A stretch of DNA of 64,000 bases from an uncultured delta proteobacterium (GCA_963745835.1 CAVUZH010000014.1:192001-256000), one strand, 5' to 3'; positions 20,050 to 33,520 are shown, counted from the first letter of the stretch. A program made the numbers and translations. The notes: generated by a model not told the origin, from the sequence alone.

Positions 20050-20091
20050 GGTTTTTAAGACCGATGGTTTCAACCGCTCACCCACCCCTCC
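20050..20091 (-). repeat. att repeat: 5' half of tRNA-Ser
   Basis: Minus strand GGAGGGGTGGGTGAGCGGTTGAAACCATCGGTCTTAAAAACC, 40/42 identical to tRNA nt 1-42. Confidence 0.92.
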
Positions 20092-20528
20092 CTACGATCG
20101 ACTTGAATTACATACGCGCCGGTGCGCTTCCGCAGTCTTCTTAGGAGTAGAAAGAAATTCTGCACGGTCCTGAAGGCCTTTTGCAATGTCCGGGCTCTGC
20201 AAGCGAACATTCCCCCATTTCAGTCCAAACTATCAATTCCTTGGTCATTTCCCCAATCAAGCATCAACACTGCGCTCCGTACTCTCATCCGCTCCAAAAA
20301 ACACATTTCCGCTACTTGCCATTCCAGTGAAGATTTCATAGTAGTTTGGTTGCTGCTCTTTACGGTTTAATTGCCTCCGCCTATACGCTGGCTTTCGTCG
20401 TCCATGTCATTTTGACAATAGATTGACGATTTAAAGTGTCAGTCAAAGAGCAAAAGTTTGAAATTCATCAACTTACACGTGGTCTTTTTATTGCTGCTGG
20501 AGCGGACACTATTCGAAGGAGGAATAAA

Positions 20529-20723
20529 ATGCCGACCTTTGCTGATAAGGAAGTTCAAGCTAGACTGCTAAGAGAAATTCAAGAACTTTATGAAAAAAGG
20601 GGTCAAATCGAAGCCGATATCAGGGCGTTGGAGGCGAAAAGCAAACTCCGGATCGAAAAGGCAGCACTTCAAGAAATTGACGCATATAAAAACCTGAATC
20701 GTACGCGCGCACAGCCATCCTGA
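20529..20723 (+). CDS. Small coiled-coil hypothetical protein
   Basis: AGGAGGA RBS before ATG 20529; heptad-like 64 aa. Confidence 0.6.
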   Translation: MPTFADKEVQARLLREIQELYEKRGQIEADIRALEAKSKLRIEKAALQEIDAYKNLNRTRAQPS

Positions 20724-21161
20724 TGAGTTTTACAAGTGAGCCGTTGTACCCCAACCCTGTTTATTACAATAACGTTCTCCGTCGTTTACTTATGCCTAAT
20801 CCTGCCACTATGCCTCATCTGCCGATTTATCCGTCCCGCCCGCTCGCCTGGCCCAAGAAGTGGCGCTGGGAAATGCGTGCCTAGAAAGTGTTGCGAGCAT
20901 CACTCTCACCGTGATGCGGACAATCGGGACGAAGGCGACATTGGAGCAATAGTGGAGTCGTTGTGCCCGCAGAACGCGCCTGATAACGCATCCCACGTGA
21001 GCTTTTGATCTTTCCGGAGAGTTGATTGTTCTTCGCAGTCTCTAATCTGCTTTCACCAACGGAGGCAGTCCTCAAGCTTCCACCATCGGTACATTCTCAA
21101 TTCGGCGACACGTCCGGGTGATAGTATTTCGATTTCTTCCACTTAAGCTCGCTTTGCTCGA

Positions 21162-22939
<1,778 letters not shown>

Positions 22940-22943
<4 letters not shown>

Positions 22944-23665
22944 GGAATGACGAACGGCAAATCTAGATCGGTTTCAAGCTCTAGCGAGCACATCGCGCGG
23001 ACCGGCCTGAAGCTTCGGCGATGAATCGGCGATGGTCCAAATCGCCGCAAAGCTTCCATATGTGCGACGCAGCTATATCCCTTGTGATGCGCAAAGCCGT
23101 ACTCGGGATAACTTTTATCGAGTTCGACCATCATCGTGTCACGCGCCACTTTAGCTATTATCGAGGCGGCAGCAATCGAGACACAAAGCTGATCGCCTTT
23201 TATGATGGTTCTTTGAAAAGGCAGTTGTTTGAAAACCACGTTCATCTGAAACAACTCAGCCGGGATCTTTTGGTTCCCGTCGATGAGCAAACAATCGGGC
23301 GCCGGCCGCAAGGCGCGAAAGGCCTTGACCATTGCAAGCAAACTCGCCTGGAGAATATTGATCCGATCGATCTCCTCAACCTCAACAACACCCACGCCCC
23401 AGCATAGGGCTGACTCTCTGATTGTCGGCAGCAAACTTTCACGCTGCTCCGCTGTTAACATTTTCGAATCTCTAATGGCCGAATGCGTGAAACCCTGCGG
23501 CAGCACGACTGCCGCGGCTACCACCGGCCCTGCCAAAGGGCCTCGGCCCACTTCATCCAGTCCGGCAACGCACTTAAAGCCACGCGAGTATGACTGTCGT
23601 TCAATCGCGCCCTGCTTTACAGGCCGGGCGAAGTCTTCCGACAACATGAATTGTTTGCCACCCAT
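22940..23665 (-). CDS. rnhB: Ribonuclease HII
   Basis: AGLDEVGRGPLAGPVVAAAV, DSK, LIDGN, KGD..SIAAASIIAKVARD, PIHRRSF. Confidence 0.96.
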
Positions 23666-23836
23666 TGTGTTTCCCTTTTAGCCAAAAGAGAAAACAACTG
23701 CAAATAAGAAGGTTCAAAGGCGATTCAATTCACCGCAACGGATATGTTGTTGAAGAGATCCGTCTTTCCAAGCATAGATGCGTCACATCTACGATTCGCA
23801 TTGGAATTGACGGTGTCCATGTGCTAGAAAATCTCG

Positions 23837-24121
23837 ATGCTTATACGCGAAGACGTTGCACAGCTAGCGCTGCTGGCCCGCTTGCGCTTGCTGCCTCAGG
23901 AACTAGATCAGCTAACCGTCGAGCTTCAGAGTATTTTGCAGTACATGGATAAACTCCGGGAGCTGGATACCTCGGAAGTAGAGCCTTTCACCCAGGCTGT
24001 AGACACATCCAATTCACTTCGAGAGGATGTAGTTACCAACACCTCTGATCCAGATAGAATATTGTCGAATGCGCCCGCAAAGGCGAAGAGCTTTTTTAAA
24101 GTTCCAAAAATCATCGAATGA
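23837..24121 (+). CDS. gatC: Asp/Glu-tRNA amidotransferase subunit C
   Basis: [19 protein letters not shown]...FKVPKII; first gene of gatCAB. Confidence 0.95.
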   Translation: MLIREDVAQLALLARLRLLPQELDQLTVELQSILQYMDKLRELDTSEVEPFTQAVDTSNSLREDVVTNTSDPDRILSNAPAKAKSFFKVPKIIE

Positions 24122-25584
24122 ATTTATCCGCAATGACGCTTCATGAAGCCAGCGAGAAACTGCGTAAGCGCGAAGTTTCGTCGCAGGAGCTGACTGAAGC
24201 CGTTTTCCAACGAGTTGCGCAAACGGAGGGTATTATCCGCTCCTACATCACCCTTTGCCGTGATACCGCCATCGCGCAGGCAAAAGAAGCCGATAAGAGG
24301 CTCAAGCAAGGACCATCCGCTTCTCCTTTACTCGGAATCCCGATCGCGCTTAAAGATAATTTGCTGACCCAGGGTTTAAGGACAACCTGCGCGTCAAGGA
24401 TATTGGAGAACTTTATTCCCCCCTATGATGCTACTGCCGTGGCAAAAGTTCGTTCGGCTGGCGCGATAATTACCGGCAAGACGAACCTGGATGAGTTCGC
24501 AATGGGTTCATCTGCTGAAAACTCAGCGTTCTTCTCGACGCGCAATCCCTGGCACGTGGAACGCGTACCCGGAGGATCTTCAGGTGGATCCGCAGCATCG
24601 GTGGCAGCTGATCAATGTATAGCAGCAATAGGAACTGACACCGGAGGCTCGATTCGTCAACCAGCGGCTTTCTGCGGCATCGTTGGGATGAAACCAACCT
24701 ACGGCCGGGTTAGCCGTTACGGGGTGATCGCCTTTGCTTCTTCCATGGATCAAGTAGGTCCGATGACGAAGAACGTTCGTGATTGCGCGCTCCTGCTCGA
24801 AACAATAAGCGGGCACGACCCGGCGGACTCAACATCGATCAGACTCCCCGTTCCATCATACTCGCAATTGTTAACCGACGAAATTGCCGGGTTACGTTTG
24901 GGTATTCCCAAGGAATATTTCACCGCAGGATTACAGTCGGCCGTTGATGAGGCTGTTATGAACGCCATTCGTCAGCTTGAAAAGCGCGGCGCCATTATAG
25001 AAGAAATCTCATTACCGCATACCGAGTACGCGGTGGCCGTGTACTACATCATCGCAACTGCGGAGGCCAGCTCAAACCTAGCCCGCTATGATGGAATGCG
25101 CTATGGCCAGCGCGCTGTCGGCAGCGATTTAACCGAAACCTATATGCTAAGTCGAGCACAAGGGCTTGGGCCAGAGGTGAAGCGACGTATTATGCTTGGC
25201 ACCTATGCACTTTCAGTCGGATATTACGACGCCTACTATCTGAAGGCACAAAAGGTTCGCGCTTTAATCCACCGGGATTTTGACGCGGCGTTTAAACATT
25301 GCGACGCCATTATCACTCCCACGTCGCCCACCACGGCCTTCAAGATCAGCGAGAAAATACAAAACCCGCTTGAAATGTACCTATCAGACATTTGTACGAT
25401 TTCGATCAATCTCGCCGGTGTGCCCGCGATCTCGGTACCCTGCGGTCTGGACGGTGAAGGATTGCCGATCGGAATGCAGGTCATTGGAAAACCTTTTGAG
25501 GAGGCGACCATTTTGCGCATCGCTCACGCTTACGAACAACAAACAGAGTGGCACAGGAAAAAACCTGCTTTATCTGTGGCATGA
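24118..25584 (+). CDS. gatA: Asp/Glu-tRNA amidotransferase subunit A
   Basis: [35 protein letters not shown]. Confidence 0.97.
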   Translation: MNLSAMTLHEASEKLRKREVSSQELTEAVFQRVAQTEGIIRSYITLCRDTAIAQAKEADKRLKQGPSASPLLGIPIALKDNLLTQGLRTTCASRILENFIPPYDATAVAKVRSAGAIITGKTNLDEFAMGSSAENSAFFSTRNPWHVERVPGGSSGGSAASVAADQCIAAIGTDTGGSIRQPAAFCGIVGMKPTYGRVSRYGVIAFASSMDQVGPMTKNVRDCALLLETISGHDPADSTSIRLPVPSYSQLLTDEIAGLRLGIPKEYFTAGLQSAVDEAVMNAIRQLEKRGAIIEEISLPHTEYAVAVYYIIATAEASSNLARYDGMRYGQRAVGSDLTETYMLSRAQGLGPEVKRRIMLGTYALSVGYYDAYYLKAQKVRALIHRDFDAAFKHCDAIITPTSPTTAFKISEKIQNPLEMYLSDICTISINLAGVPAISVPCGLDGEGLPIGMQVIGKPFEEATILRIAHAYEQQTEWHRKKPALSVA

Positions 25585-27020
25585 AATACGAAACCATCAT
25601 CGGACTTGAAGTTCATGCTCAGCTTCTGACCGACTCGAAAATTTTCTGCGGCTGCTCCACCAGATACGGTGCGGCACCAAACAGCAATACTTGCATCGTC
25701 TGCGCTGGATTTCCTGGTGCCTTACCGGTTTTGAACAAAAGGGTTGTAGAGTTCGCCGTACGGGCCGGGCTCGCGATGAATTGTAAAATCGCCGGCTACA
25801 GTCGCTTGGCGAGAAAAAATTATTTCTATCCTGATTTGCCCAAAGGCTATCAGATTAGCCAGTACGAGCTTCCGATCTGCACCAACGGCTACATTGATGT
25901 CGACGTGGAGGGCTCTACGAAACGCGTTCGTTTAACGCGGATCCATATCGAGGAGGATGCGGGAAAAAATATTCACAATGCATATGATGACTCGAGTTTG
26001 ATCGATCTAAACCGTTCCGGAGTGCCGCTGCTGGAGATTGTCAGTGAACCCGATATCCGCGATGCTGTCGAAGGGGTAACGTATCTGAAAAGCTTACGTG
26101 CAATTCTTCGGTATCTGGAAGTCTGCGATGGTAACATGGAAGAAGGCAGCTTTCGCTGTGACGCAAACATTTCGGTACGCACCATCGGAACCGAGGCCCT
26201 AGGAACCAAAGTTGAAATTAAGAACCTGAACTCCTTTAAAGCTATTGAGAAAGCGCTGCAGTATGAGACAGAACGCCAGATTGATACACTTTCCGCAGGT
26301 GGAAGCTTGGCTCAAGAAACGCGGCTGTGGGACGAAAACAACGAGCAAACTCGCTCGATGCGATCTAAGGAGTCGGCTCACGATTATCGATATTTTCCGG
26401 ACCCTGACCTTTTACCGATCAATCTAGATGAAGCATGGATTCAAAAACTCCGTAGCACTTTACCTGAGCTTCCCGACGCACGAAAAGTACGTTTTAAGTC
26501 GCAGTATGGACTTCCATCCTATGATGCCGAGCTGCTCACCAACCGCAGAGATGTTGCCGACTATTTTGAGGCCGCGATTACCATTTGCCCGAATGCCAAA
26601 GCACTGAGCAATTGGATAATGGGTGATCTGTTCCGCCTCCTAAAAGCACGGAAGCTCGATGAACAGCTCCGAATCGACAATTGGCCGCTCCAGCCGACAC
26701 AATTGGGCGAGTTGGTGCAACTGATCGATCAAGGCAAAATCAGCGGAAAAATCGCGAAAATGATATTTGATGCCTTGCTCGATACGAGCGAATCGCCGCA
26801 GGGCATTATAACCGCACGCGGCTTGGAGCAGGTCTCAGATCCCGCAAGCCTCGAGAGGTCAATAGACCGGGTTTTGACGAACCATGGGAAACAGGTCGCC
26901 GCTTATCGCGGCGGTAATGAAAAAATTTTCGGCTTTCTTGTGGGGCAAGTCATGAAAGCTTCACAAGGGAAAGCTAATCCGCAAAAGGTCAATGAATTGT
27001 TAAAAGCAAAACTTTCTTGA
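25581..27020 (+). CDS. gatB: Asp/Glu-tRNA amidotransferase subunit B
   Basis: [36 protein letters not shown]; ATGA overlap with gatA. Confidence 0.97.
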   Translation: MKYETIIGLEVHAQLLTDSKIFCGCSTRYGAAPNSNTCIVCAGFPGALPVLNKRVVEFAVRAGLAMNCKIAGYSRLARKNYFYPDLPKGYQISQYELPICTNGYIDVDVEGSTKRVRLTRIHIEEDAGKNIHNAYDDSSLIDLNRSGVPLLEIVSEPDIRDAVEGVTYLKSLRAILRYLEVCDGNMEEGSFRCDANISVRTIGTEALGTKVEIKNLNSFKAIEKALQYETERQIDTLSAGGSLAQETRLWDENNEQTRSMRSKESAHDYRYFPDPDLLPINLDEAWIQKLRSTLPELPDARKVRFKSQYGLPSYDAELLTNRRDVADYFEAAITICPNAKALSNWIMGDLFRLLKARKLDEQLRIDNWPLQPTQLGELVQLIDQGKISGKIAKMIFDALLDTSESPQGIITARGLEQVSDPASLERSIDRVLTNHGKQVAAYRGGNEKIFGFLVGQVMKASQGKANPQKVNELLKAKLS

Positions 27021-27069
27021 ATCATCGATTCAAACAGAGCTGTTTAAGCTAGATATTAAGTTGAAAAAA

Positions 27070-28875
27070 TTACGGTAGAGAAGAACGAACCTCCGGCCGA
27101 TAAGCCTGGGGAAGATTGAGAATGATTCCGATTAGCCCATTATCACGAATGCTTTTAAGTTGCCGCTCAGCCTCATCTCGTAGCCGAAAGTTTCCAACAC
27201 GTACTCTTAATGATTCGCCTGCGCTAGCTTCAGTCATGGAGACAGCATAGCCGCGCTGTTCGAAAGTGTCTGCCCAACTCCGTGCTTCAGAGCGATCCTT
27301 AAAGGCTACTTGAATAATGTAACCCTCAAGAGCTTTCGGCATAGGTTTCATGAGGGGTTTAATTTCCGATAGGTGTTCCATATGTTTGGCGTGAACAGGT
27401 ACAGCTTGCTGTTCAACAGTCTCTGCCTCACCGTTTTGCAGCTCTGACGCTGTGATCGGCGCCGGCACCGCCTTTTCCGGATGTGCGGGTTTCGGATTTA
27501 TCTTCGTAAGTGATGCTATATGGCCTAACCGCTCGCCTTCGCTGTCACGCTTTGGGGTTGTAGCAGACGATGAAGCCACTTCAGTCGATCCAAGGGCAGG
27601 AAGTGCATGTATCCCCAAATCCGGTTGTGAAACTTCATTTGGCCGCGCTTCTCCCATTGCAGCCGGACGCTGAGAACCGGCCATGTCCGGGGGCATTTCG
27701 TTTTGTTCTTTTTCTTTAGGTACTCCAACCAAGCTTATCAATTCGGGTGTTTTTTCTTCTTTCTTTTCAAGCTGAAGTTTCGCTTCGATTGCTTTCGCAT
27801 CGACTTGCGCGTGGGAAAACTCCACGGCACTGGGAGCGGCTCGCGTCGCCTCAACGACTCCCGTCGGGAGCATGGGATCCTGATCAGATTGGGTTGCTGA
27901 TTCTTTGGCAGAACCTGTTCCAACCGCCTCGATGTTCTCACCAACAATGGAACTGATCTTTCCCTCTGGAATGAGCTCTTCCTTAGTCCCTCGACTCCCA
28001 TTCGGAGTTGTCGTTTCACGGCCAGTTTCGCTTTCAGAAGCTGATATCGCTTTCTTCTTCACCCCAACAGAGCCTTTCCCGTCATTCACTGGGTTGGCAA
28101 CTTCATTATGACCCGGCTTCTGTGCTAGGACCGGATTCTGGTCCGGTTTTGCTTTGGGCAGCTCCGGCAAGAGAACTTGTTCCTGAATCGGTGCACGTAC
28201 GTCGGGCGCGGGCCGTTGCGCACGGAAAGACAAAAGGTTCGCCTGGCCCTCCGGCTCCATGACGAAAATAACTGCCTCAGCCAGGAGTGTATTCTCACCT
28301 AAATCTTGTCTTAAGAATGCCCTTACTTTCTCCTTGGGCAAATAGACGATCGCGCGCTCCGTGCTCATGCGGGAGCCCAGCATTCGCCAGGTAAAATTCA
28401 AGCCGTAACCGGACAGTTCTCTATCGTTATAAATTTCCGAATCACTGGCGAGGATCACAAGTAACTCTCTGCCATAGAGGGAAAACAGCCGCGCCACTTT
28501 TTCGCTGTACTCCCCTGCTTCGAAGTTCTCACCCGTTCCAAGTACCACCTCAAGGAAACGTTCGTCAGGAAATTTAACTGCAGAATGCGTAAAAAAACCC
28601 ATCCCCCCCGACGACCCAAGATTGTTCGCAAATTGCAACTTCGACGTTTTTGGATTCGCCATAATCATTTCGATCAAACGAACTAGCTTCTCTTGGTACT
28701 TCTCCCCCAGATACCGGGCTTTCTGCGTGCTATAATGCGACGCGGGCGTAGCAATTAGGCTAGCAGCGGAAAGCTGTCGCTTTGTATCACCATCTTGAAT
28801 TGTGCAACCATTAACCACTATCGCAAACATCATCCACAAGAGAGCTATCCATGCACCGCGTACTTTTAACAGCAT
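27070..28875 (-). CDS. SPOR-domain lipoprotein with long low-complexity linker
   Basis: Lipobox VNGC; C-terminal GYIIQVAFKDRSEA...RVRVGNF..RDEAE; start chosen by GAGGA RBS. Confidence 0.75.
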   Translation of the reverse strand: MLLKVRGAWIALLWMMFAIVVNGCTIQDGDTKRQLSAASLIATPASHYSTQKARYLGEKYQEKLVRLIEMIMANPKTSKLQFANNLGSSGGMGFFTHSAVKFPDERFLEVVLGTGENFEAGEYSEKVARLFSLYGRELLVILASDSEIYNDRELSGYGLNFTWRMLGSRMSTERAIVYLPKEKVRAFLRQDLGENTLLAEAVIFVMEPEGQANLLSFRAQRPAPDVRAPIQEQVLLPELPKAKPDQNPVLAQKPGHNEVANPVNDGKGSVGVKKKAISASESETGRETTTPNGSRGTKEELIPEGKISSIVGENIEAVGTGSAKESATQSDQDPMLPTGVVEATRAAPSAVEFSHAQVDAKAIEAKLQLEKKEEKTPELISLVGVPKEKEQNEMPPDMAGSQRPAAMGEARPNEVSQPDLGIHALPALGSTEVASSSATTPKRDSEGERLGHIASLTKINPKPAHPEKAVPAPITASELQNGEAETVEQQAVPVHAKHMEHLSEIKPLMKPMPKALEGYIIQVAFKDRSEARSWADTFEQRGYAVSMTEASAGESLRVRVGNFRLRDEAERQLKSIRDNGLIGIILNLPQAYRPEVRSSLP

Positions 28876-29031
28876 TCCTCGCTCCTCTAACTTCGACCCG
28901 AATCGCCGAGAACTTTGCTTGACAGGGGTCCTTCTTAAATTATAATGAAACGGTTTTATGAAGAATATATCAACAAGATAGTTGCAAATTACCGCAAAGA
29001 CAATCTTTTTTTGACACAACGAGATTAATGT

Positions 29032-30489
29032 ATGGCAATTGGCGAATTACTTAGAACCAGGGGCATTATAACCGACGAGCAACTGCAGACTGTGCTACGG
29101 CAACAGAAGATCGCCGGGGGTCGCCTCGGCGATAATCTTATTTCACTCGGATACATCAGCCGCGAGAGGTTAGATGGCATTCTTCACGAGCCCCCGCACA
29201 TTCCAAAAACCGCTGACGAAACCGGACTAGAAGGCAATTTTCTACTTAATTGTCTTTTGCGGACGATGTACGTGTCGGCACTGCAAACTATCCCGGAGGT
29301 TTCCGAACACATCAAGTTAACTCGAGCTGTGGTCGAGGAACTGCTTACGATAGCCAAAAAGGAAGCTCTTGTAGAAATTCGTGGGCCGTCGGAAAAAAAC
29401 CACAACGTTATGCGTTATGCGCTTACGAATGCCGGTAAGGAGCGCGCTAGTGAGGCCCTGCGGCTTTGCGAATACATTGGACCGATTCCCGTGCCGCTGC
29501 AGACCTATCAGCTGCAGGTGCAAAAACAGACGATCACAAATGAAATCGTCAGCATAGATAAACTTAAAAAGTCGATGTCTCACCTAGTTTTGTCGGAGGA
29601 AGTCGTCAGAAGACTCGGGCCCGCGTCGAATTCAGGCAGAGCAATCTTGATCTACGGTGCTGCCGGGAACGGCAAAACTGCTATGGCAGAAGCTCTAATA
29701 AGCGCCTTCGAGCAAGCGGTTTACATTCCCTATTGCATCGAAGCAGATGGCCAGATTATCAAAATCTTCGATCCTTCCGTTCACGTCCCGTTTGGCCCGG
29801 AGCAGCCAGCCATCAGCAGCGACAAGCATCCTATGTTTTTGCCTCACCTCCCCTATGATCCTCGCTGGGTCCGCTGTAGGAGACCCTATATTATTTCCGG
29901 AGGTGAATTGACGTTAGCAATGCTCGACTTGGACTTCGACATTCATTCAAAATACTATGAGGCGCCCCTTCAGATGAAGGCAATTGGCGGAATATTCGTT
30001 ATCGATGACTTCGGACGTCAGCGTGTGCGACCTCATGAACTATTGAACAGGTGGATCTTTCCTCTGGAGCGCAAACTCGATTACTTGACGCTTCATACGG
30101 GCAAAAAGTTTTCCGTGCTGTTCGATCAGCTTGTCATCTTTGCCACCAATTTTCCACCAGAAGAACTTATGGATGCAGCGCAGTTACGCCGTGTTCATTA
30201 CAAGATAAAGATCAGCCCACCCACCGCAGACGAGTACAGAGAGATATTCCAGCGCGTCTGTGAATCTTATGGATTGGAGTTTTCCGAAGAGATTATTGCG
30301 TACCTGCTCAACTCGTTTTACGTCAAGCACAAAGTTCCCTTTGCCGGATTTCACCCGAAATTCATCGCCGAGCACGTCATCGCTGCCTGCAACTATTTGG
30401 GCACTCAGCCACGTATTACGCGTCAACTGCTTAACGATTCACTCGAAAACATGGTGGTTCTGCCTAATTCCTCCCCCTCTAAAGAGTAA
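29032..30489 (+). CDS. AAA+ ATPase with N-terminal MshEN-like domain
   Basis: [36 protein letters not shown]; Walker A GAAGNGKT; Walker [10 protein letters not shown]. Confidence 0.8.
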   Translation: MAIGELLRTRGIITDEQLQTVLRQQKIAGGRLGDNLISLGYISRERLDGILHEPPHIPKTADETGLEGNFLLNCLLRTMYVSALQTIPEVSEHIKLTRAVVEELLTIAKKEALVEIRGPSEKNHNVMRYALTNAGKERASEALRLCEYIGPIPVPLQTYQLQVQKQTITNEIVSIDKLKKSMSHLVLSEEVVRRLGPASNSGRAILIYGAAGNGKTAMAEALISAFEQAVYIPYCIEADGQIIKIFDPSVHVPFGPEQPAISSDKHPMFLPHLPYDPRWVRCRRPYIISGGELTLAMLDLDFDIHSKYYEAPLQMKAIGGIFVIDDFGRQRVRPHELLNRWIFPLERKLDYLTLHTGKKFSVLFDQLVIFATNFPPEELMDAAQLRRVHYKIKISPPTADEYREIFQRVCESYGLEFSEEIIAYLLNSFYVKHKVPFAGFHPKFIAEHVIAACNYLGTQPRITRQLLNDSLENMVVLPNSSPSKE

Positions 30490-30496
30490 TCACCTA

Positions 30497-31781
30497 ATGT
30501 CGAGACAGCTGGCTCTACTCATCTACTCAATTGACTCTTCCGTTTCCGGTTTATCCAGACTTTTGGAGGCTCGGGACTGTTTTATCCACGAAACGCGCTC
30601 CCTCGAAGAAGCCGAGCACGCATTCAACGCGTTTCCAATTGATCAATTGAAGTTTGTCTTCGCAGATCTAACACTCTGTCGTAGTAACACATGGCCTCGG
30701 TTCTTGGATCGGATCTACCAACTCGGCACGCAAGTGACTCTGGTTTGTTATCATCCCCAGAATACGCACGCGCTTTACACTCTCTTGGGGCAAGCCAGCC
30801 ACCCTTCAACCGATTTGCTCACGCCGCATGCGATTAAATTACCTCTGATGATCGGCGAAACCCCCCAGTTCTATGAAGTGCTAAACCTGGCGAATCGATA
30901 TGCTATGCACGACATCACCGTTCTCATTACCGGTGAAACCGGGACAGGCAAGGAAGTCATGGCCCAATATATACATTCAAGCGGTTCTCGGGCGACGAAG
31001 CCGTTTGTAGCTTGTAACATGACTGCGATTCCTGAAACTCTCGTCGAAAGTGAACTATTCGGTTACGTGCGAGGCGCGTTTACCGGCGCGGAGAAGAACA
31101 AGAAGGGACTCATTGAAGCTGCGGAGGGCGGCACGCTTTTTTTGGATGAAATCGGCGAGCTCGCGCCGGCCATTCAGCTGAAACTTCTGCGATTTCCTCG
31201 AAACTCGTCAGTACTATCGTGTAGGCGAATCCACACCAAAATCCAGCGATGTCAGAATCGTTGCTGCCACCAATAAAGAGCTCGAGGAGGCCATTCAGGG
31301 AACCGGATTTCGAAAGGATTTGTATTTTCGCCTGAACAGCGCTCGCATCATTCTCCCCCCTTTACGAGGCCGCAAAGAAGATATCATCCTGATGGTTGCA
31401 AACTTCGTCTATCAAGCTTGTAAGCAATTCCACAAGCCGCTCAAAAAGCTGAGCAGTTCGGCTAAGGCCTTATTCCTAGACTATCCGTGGCCAGGCAACA
31501 TCAGAGAACTTAAAAGCGTCGTTGAAAGTGCCGCGATGGTTTCGGATGGTCAATACATCACAATCGCCGATTTACCCATGAACCTGCAGCACTATGCGAC
31601 CGGACACCGAGAGGAGATCGGAACCAAGGCGATCAAAAATATCGAGGAAGGTGAGAGAATTCTAATTGAGGACGCGCTCCGGCAAACCAACGGTAATAAA
31701 GCCAAAGCCGCCGAAGCCCTCGGTATATCAACACGCACGCTCTACCGAAAGATCGAAAGGTTCGAGCTCTTGCAGGAGTAA
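30497..31781 (+). pseudogene. Sigma-54-dependent activator (REC-like, AAA, Fis-HTH) with one +1 frameshift at 31193-31195
   Basis: [27 protein letters not shown]; removing one T restores [23 protein letters not shown]; WPGNIREL; KAAEALGISTRTLYRK. Could be a sequencing error. Confidence 0.85.
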
Positions 31782-32126
31782 TCAGATACATCAGCCAACT
31801 CTGGCTTAGGAGCCCCACGTTCTTTCCTCAGTTCGACTGGAGTCTCAGTTCCGCTGCCTAGGTCAACTGAACCTTGTAAAATCCTTCTCGTATCACTTTG
31901 GAATTTGAGCTTCAAAAATCGGTTTGCCGATGGGCAGCCCGTTCCTTCCCTTATCTTCACCTGCTGAAGAGTGTGGCATGGACTTTCCAAGAGCCCTAAG
32001 TACATACAGAACAACCCTGTACACAATTTGGTTTGGGTGAACAGAACTGGGGGAGTTATCTAGCAATTATAGGAAAAGGCTGTATCGATCTACGTGAAAC
32101 TACGAACATTTTACCCATGACGTTCA

Positions 32127-32142
32127 TGGCAACTCTTTTGCT
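32127..32142 (+). promoter_or_regulatory. Sigma-54 promoter
   Basis: TGGCAACTCTTTTGCT, GG-N10-GC, ~60 bp upstream of ORF 32200. Confidence 0.65.
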
Positions 32143-32199
32143 TTCAATAGCTTATCCTCTACGCCTGAGAAAAGGCCAACTAGTATCTTCTGAGTTGAA

Positions 32200-33501
32200 A
32201 TGTTGTCAGCAAAACAAGATGAAAACCGCGCGGGGTCCACGGCTTCGAGGGTAAGCTCGCCGAGCGGCGGAACCGTAGGGAAAGTAGTCAACTCCATTCA
32301 AGGTCTGCAGCAGCGGCTGAACGACTACACTTTGGAAGAGGTATCCGCCGCGGAAAATAGGTCACGCACTTTATTGCTTGGTCTTTTGAACTTGCAGTCA
32401 CGTGTTGGATCTCTCCTTACAATTAAGCGATCCATGACTTCGGTGTACGAAGCCCTCGAGAAAACAGCATCTGAAGATATAAAGCTAAGCGTCATCGACA
32501 CCGCGGGCAAACCCATCCACCTGCGCGACATCATTCAGGCCAGTAACCTGATCAAGTTTCCGGGACTCAAACGAACTTTGCATAAGAGATCCGAACATAC
32601 TGTGACTACTGCTTCCCCTTCTGGTGAGACAATCTCCGGAGCCACGGATGCATCAAAATCAATCAAAGACGTCATCAGACAAGACTCGGCCGCGGATCGC
32701 CGTGAAGCAACAGATTCGCCGGAAGAGCCGGCATTCGTCTTCGGCACGACTGAAATCGAAGCAGCCTCAGGAATTCCCTCAGCGGAGTTTTCATGGGACA
32801 AAGATTCCGATTCCGTCAAAACCATTGGCGATGGACTTCAGTACGAACAGGAACTCCAAACAACCGCAATACGATCGGCAAGCGAGAAAATCAACAACCC
32901 ACAGTCGGATATAAGCGTTCCCGAGTTCGTCCAAACATTACCGCTGTCAGAAGAGCCGAATACACCCATATCGACAGCGCTTGTTCCAACTGGCGGCGAT
33001 TTCGATCAGCGGCTTTTAGATGATCTCATCAAAAATTACGGCGAGTTTTTCAGCTCGTCTGATTCGCCGTCGAAGGTTGTGCCGCGGGCTAATATCGACA
33101 CTGCCGAGGCGGGCAGCAAACCCATCATCCTTGAGAAGCCGGCTGTTGAAAGTCCAAAAAACAAAACAGCTCGGACTTCACCGTTGAAAAAGGAAGGCGA
33201 CATCGATCGCGAGTTGAAAAAGATCATCAAGGATTATGGAGAATACGACATTTACTCACATAACAACCGGATTAACCTAAAGTTTGCCGGGGTGGGCGCA
33301 TTCTTACTAATAGTCGCAGTTCTTTCCGGCTTCTATCTCCTGTCATCATCGAAATCACAAGAGCCATCGAACCCACCCGCAGCCGCCGAATCTGTCTCAA
33401 GAACATCGGATGAGAACACTTCCGGAATGCGCGAGTTGAAACAAGCGGCAAAAGCCAGTGAAACAAAGATAAACAGTAAGTCTCCGATTGTAAAAAAATA
33501 A
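32200..33501 (+). CDS. Hypothetical membrane-anchored protein
   Basis: N-terminal coiled coil, acidic disordered middle, repeat DFDQRLLDDLIKNYGEF / DIDRELKKIIKDYGEY, one TM helix near C-terminus. Confidence 0.75.
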   Translation: MLSAKQDENRAGSTASRVSSPSGGTVGKVVNSIQGLQQRLNDYTLEEVSAAENRSRTLLLGLLNLQSRVGSLLTIKRSMTSVYEALEKTASEDIKLSVIDTAGKPIHLRDIIQASNLIKFPGLKRTLHKRSEHTVTTASPSGETISGATDASKSIKDVIRQDSAADRREATDSPEEPAFVFGTTEIEAASGIPSAEFSWDKDSDSVKTIGDGLQYEQELQTTAIRSASEKINNPQSDISVPEFVQTLPLSEEPNTPISTALVPTGGDFDQRLLDDLIKNYGEFFSSSDSPSKVVPRANIDTAEAGSKPIILEKPAVESPKNKTARTSPLKKEGDIDRELKKIIKDYGEYDIYSHNNRINLKFAGVGAFLLIVAVLSGFYLLSSSKSQEPSNPPAAAESVSRTSDENTSGMRELKQAAKASETKINSKSPIVKK

Positions 33502-33520
33502 GAAAGAAGGCTGAACATTT

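Larger units (their letters stand above)
3936..20091. mobile_element. tRNA-Ser-integrated phage-satellite (PICI-like) island, partly decayed
   Basis: 42-bp direct repeats 3936-3977 and 20050-20091 (2 mismatches); contains integrase, Xis-like HTH, primase-helicase, HNH and TerS remnants; no capsid, portal or TerL recognised. Confidence 0.88.

Noticed and set aside
3936-20091. Frameshifts in the island as pure sequencing error or programmed recoding
   Set aside because: Lesions include nonsense and active-site substitutions and cluster in satellite genes while long core genes are clean, which favours real decay; single indels elsewhere remain uncertain
21000-21100. Glycine-riboswitch-like words on the minus strand (GAGACTGCGAAG..AACTCTCCGG)
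   Set aside because: Core aptamer pairing could not be built and no glycine-related gene follows
31973-31990. Second sigma-54 promoter TGGCATGGACTTTCC
   Set aside because: Has CC instead of GC at -12; the site at 32127 fits better
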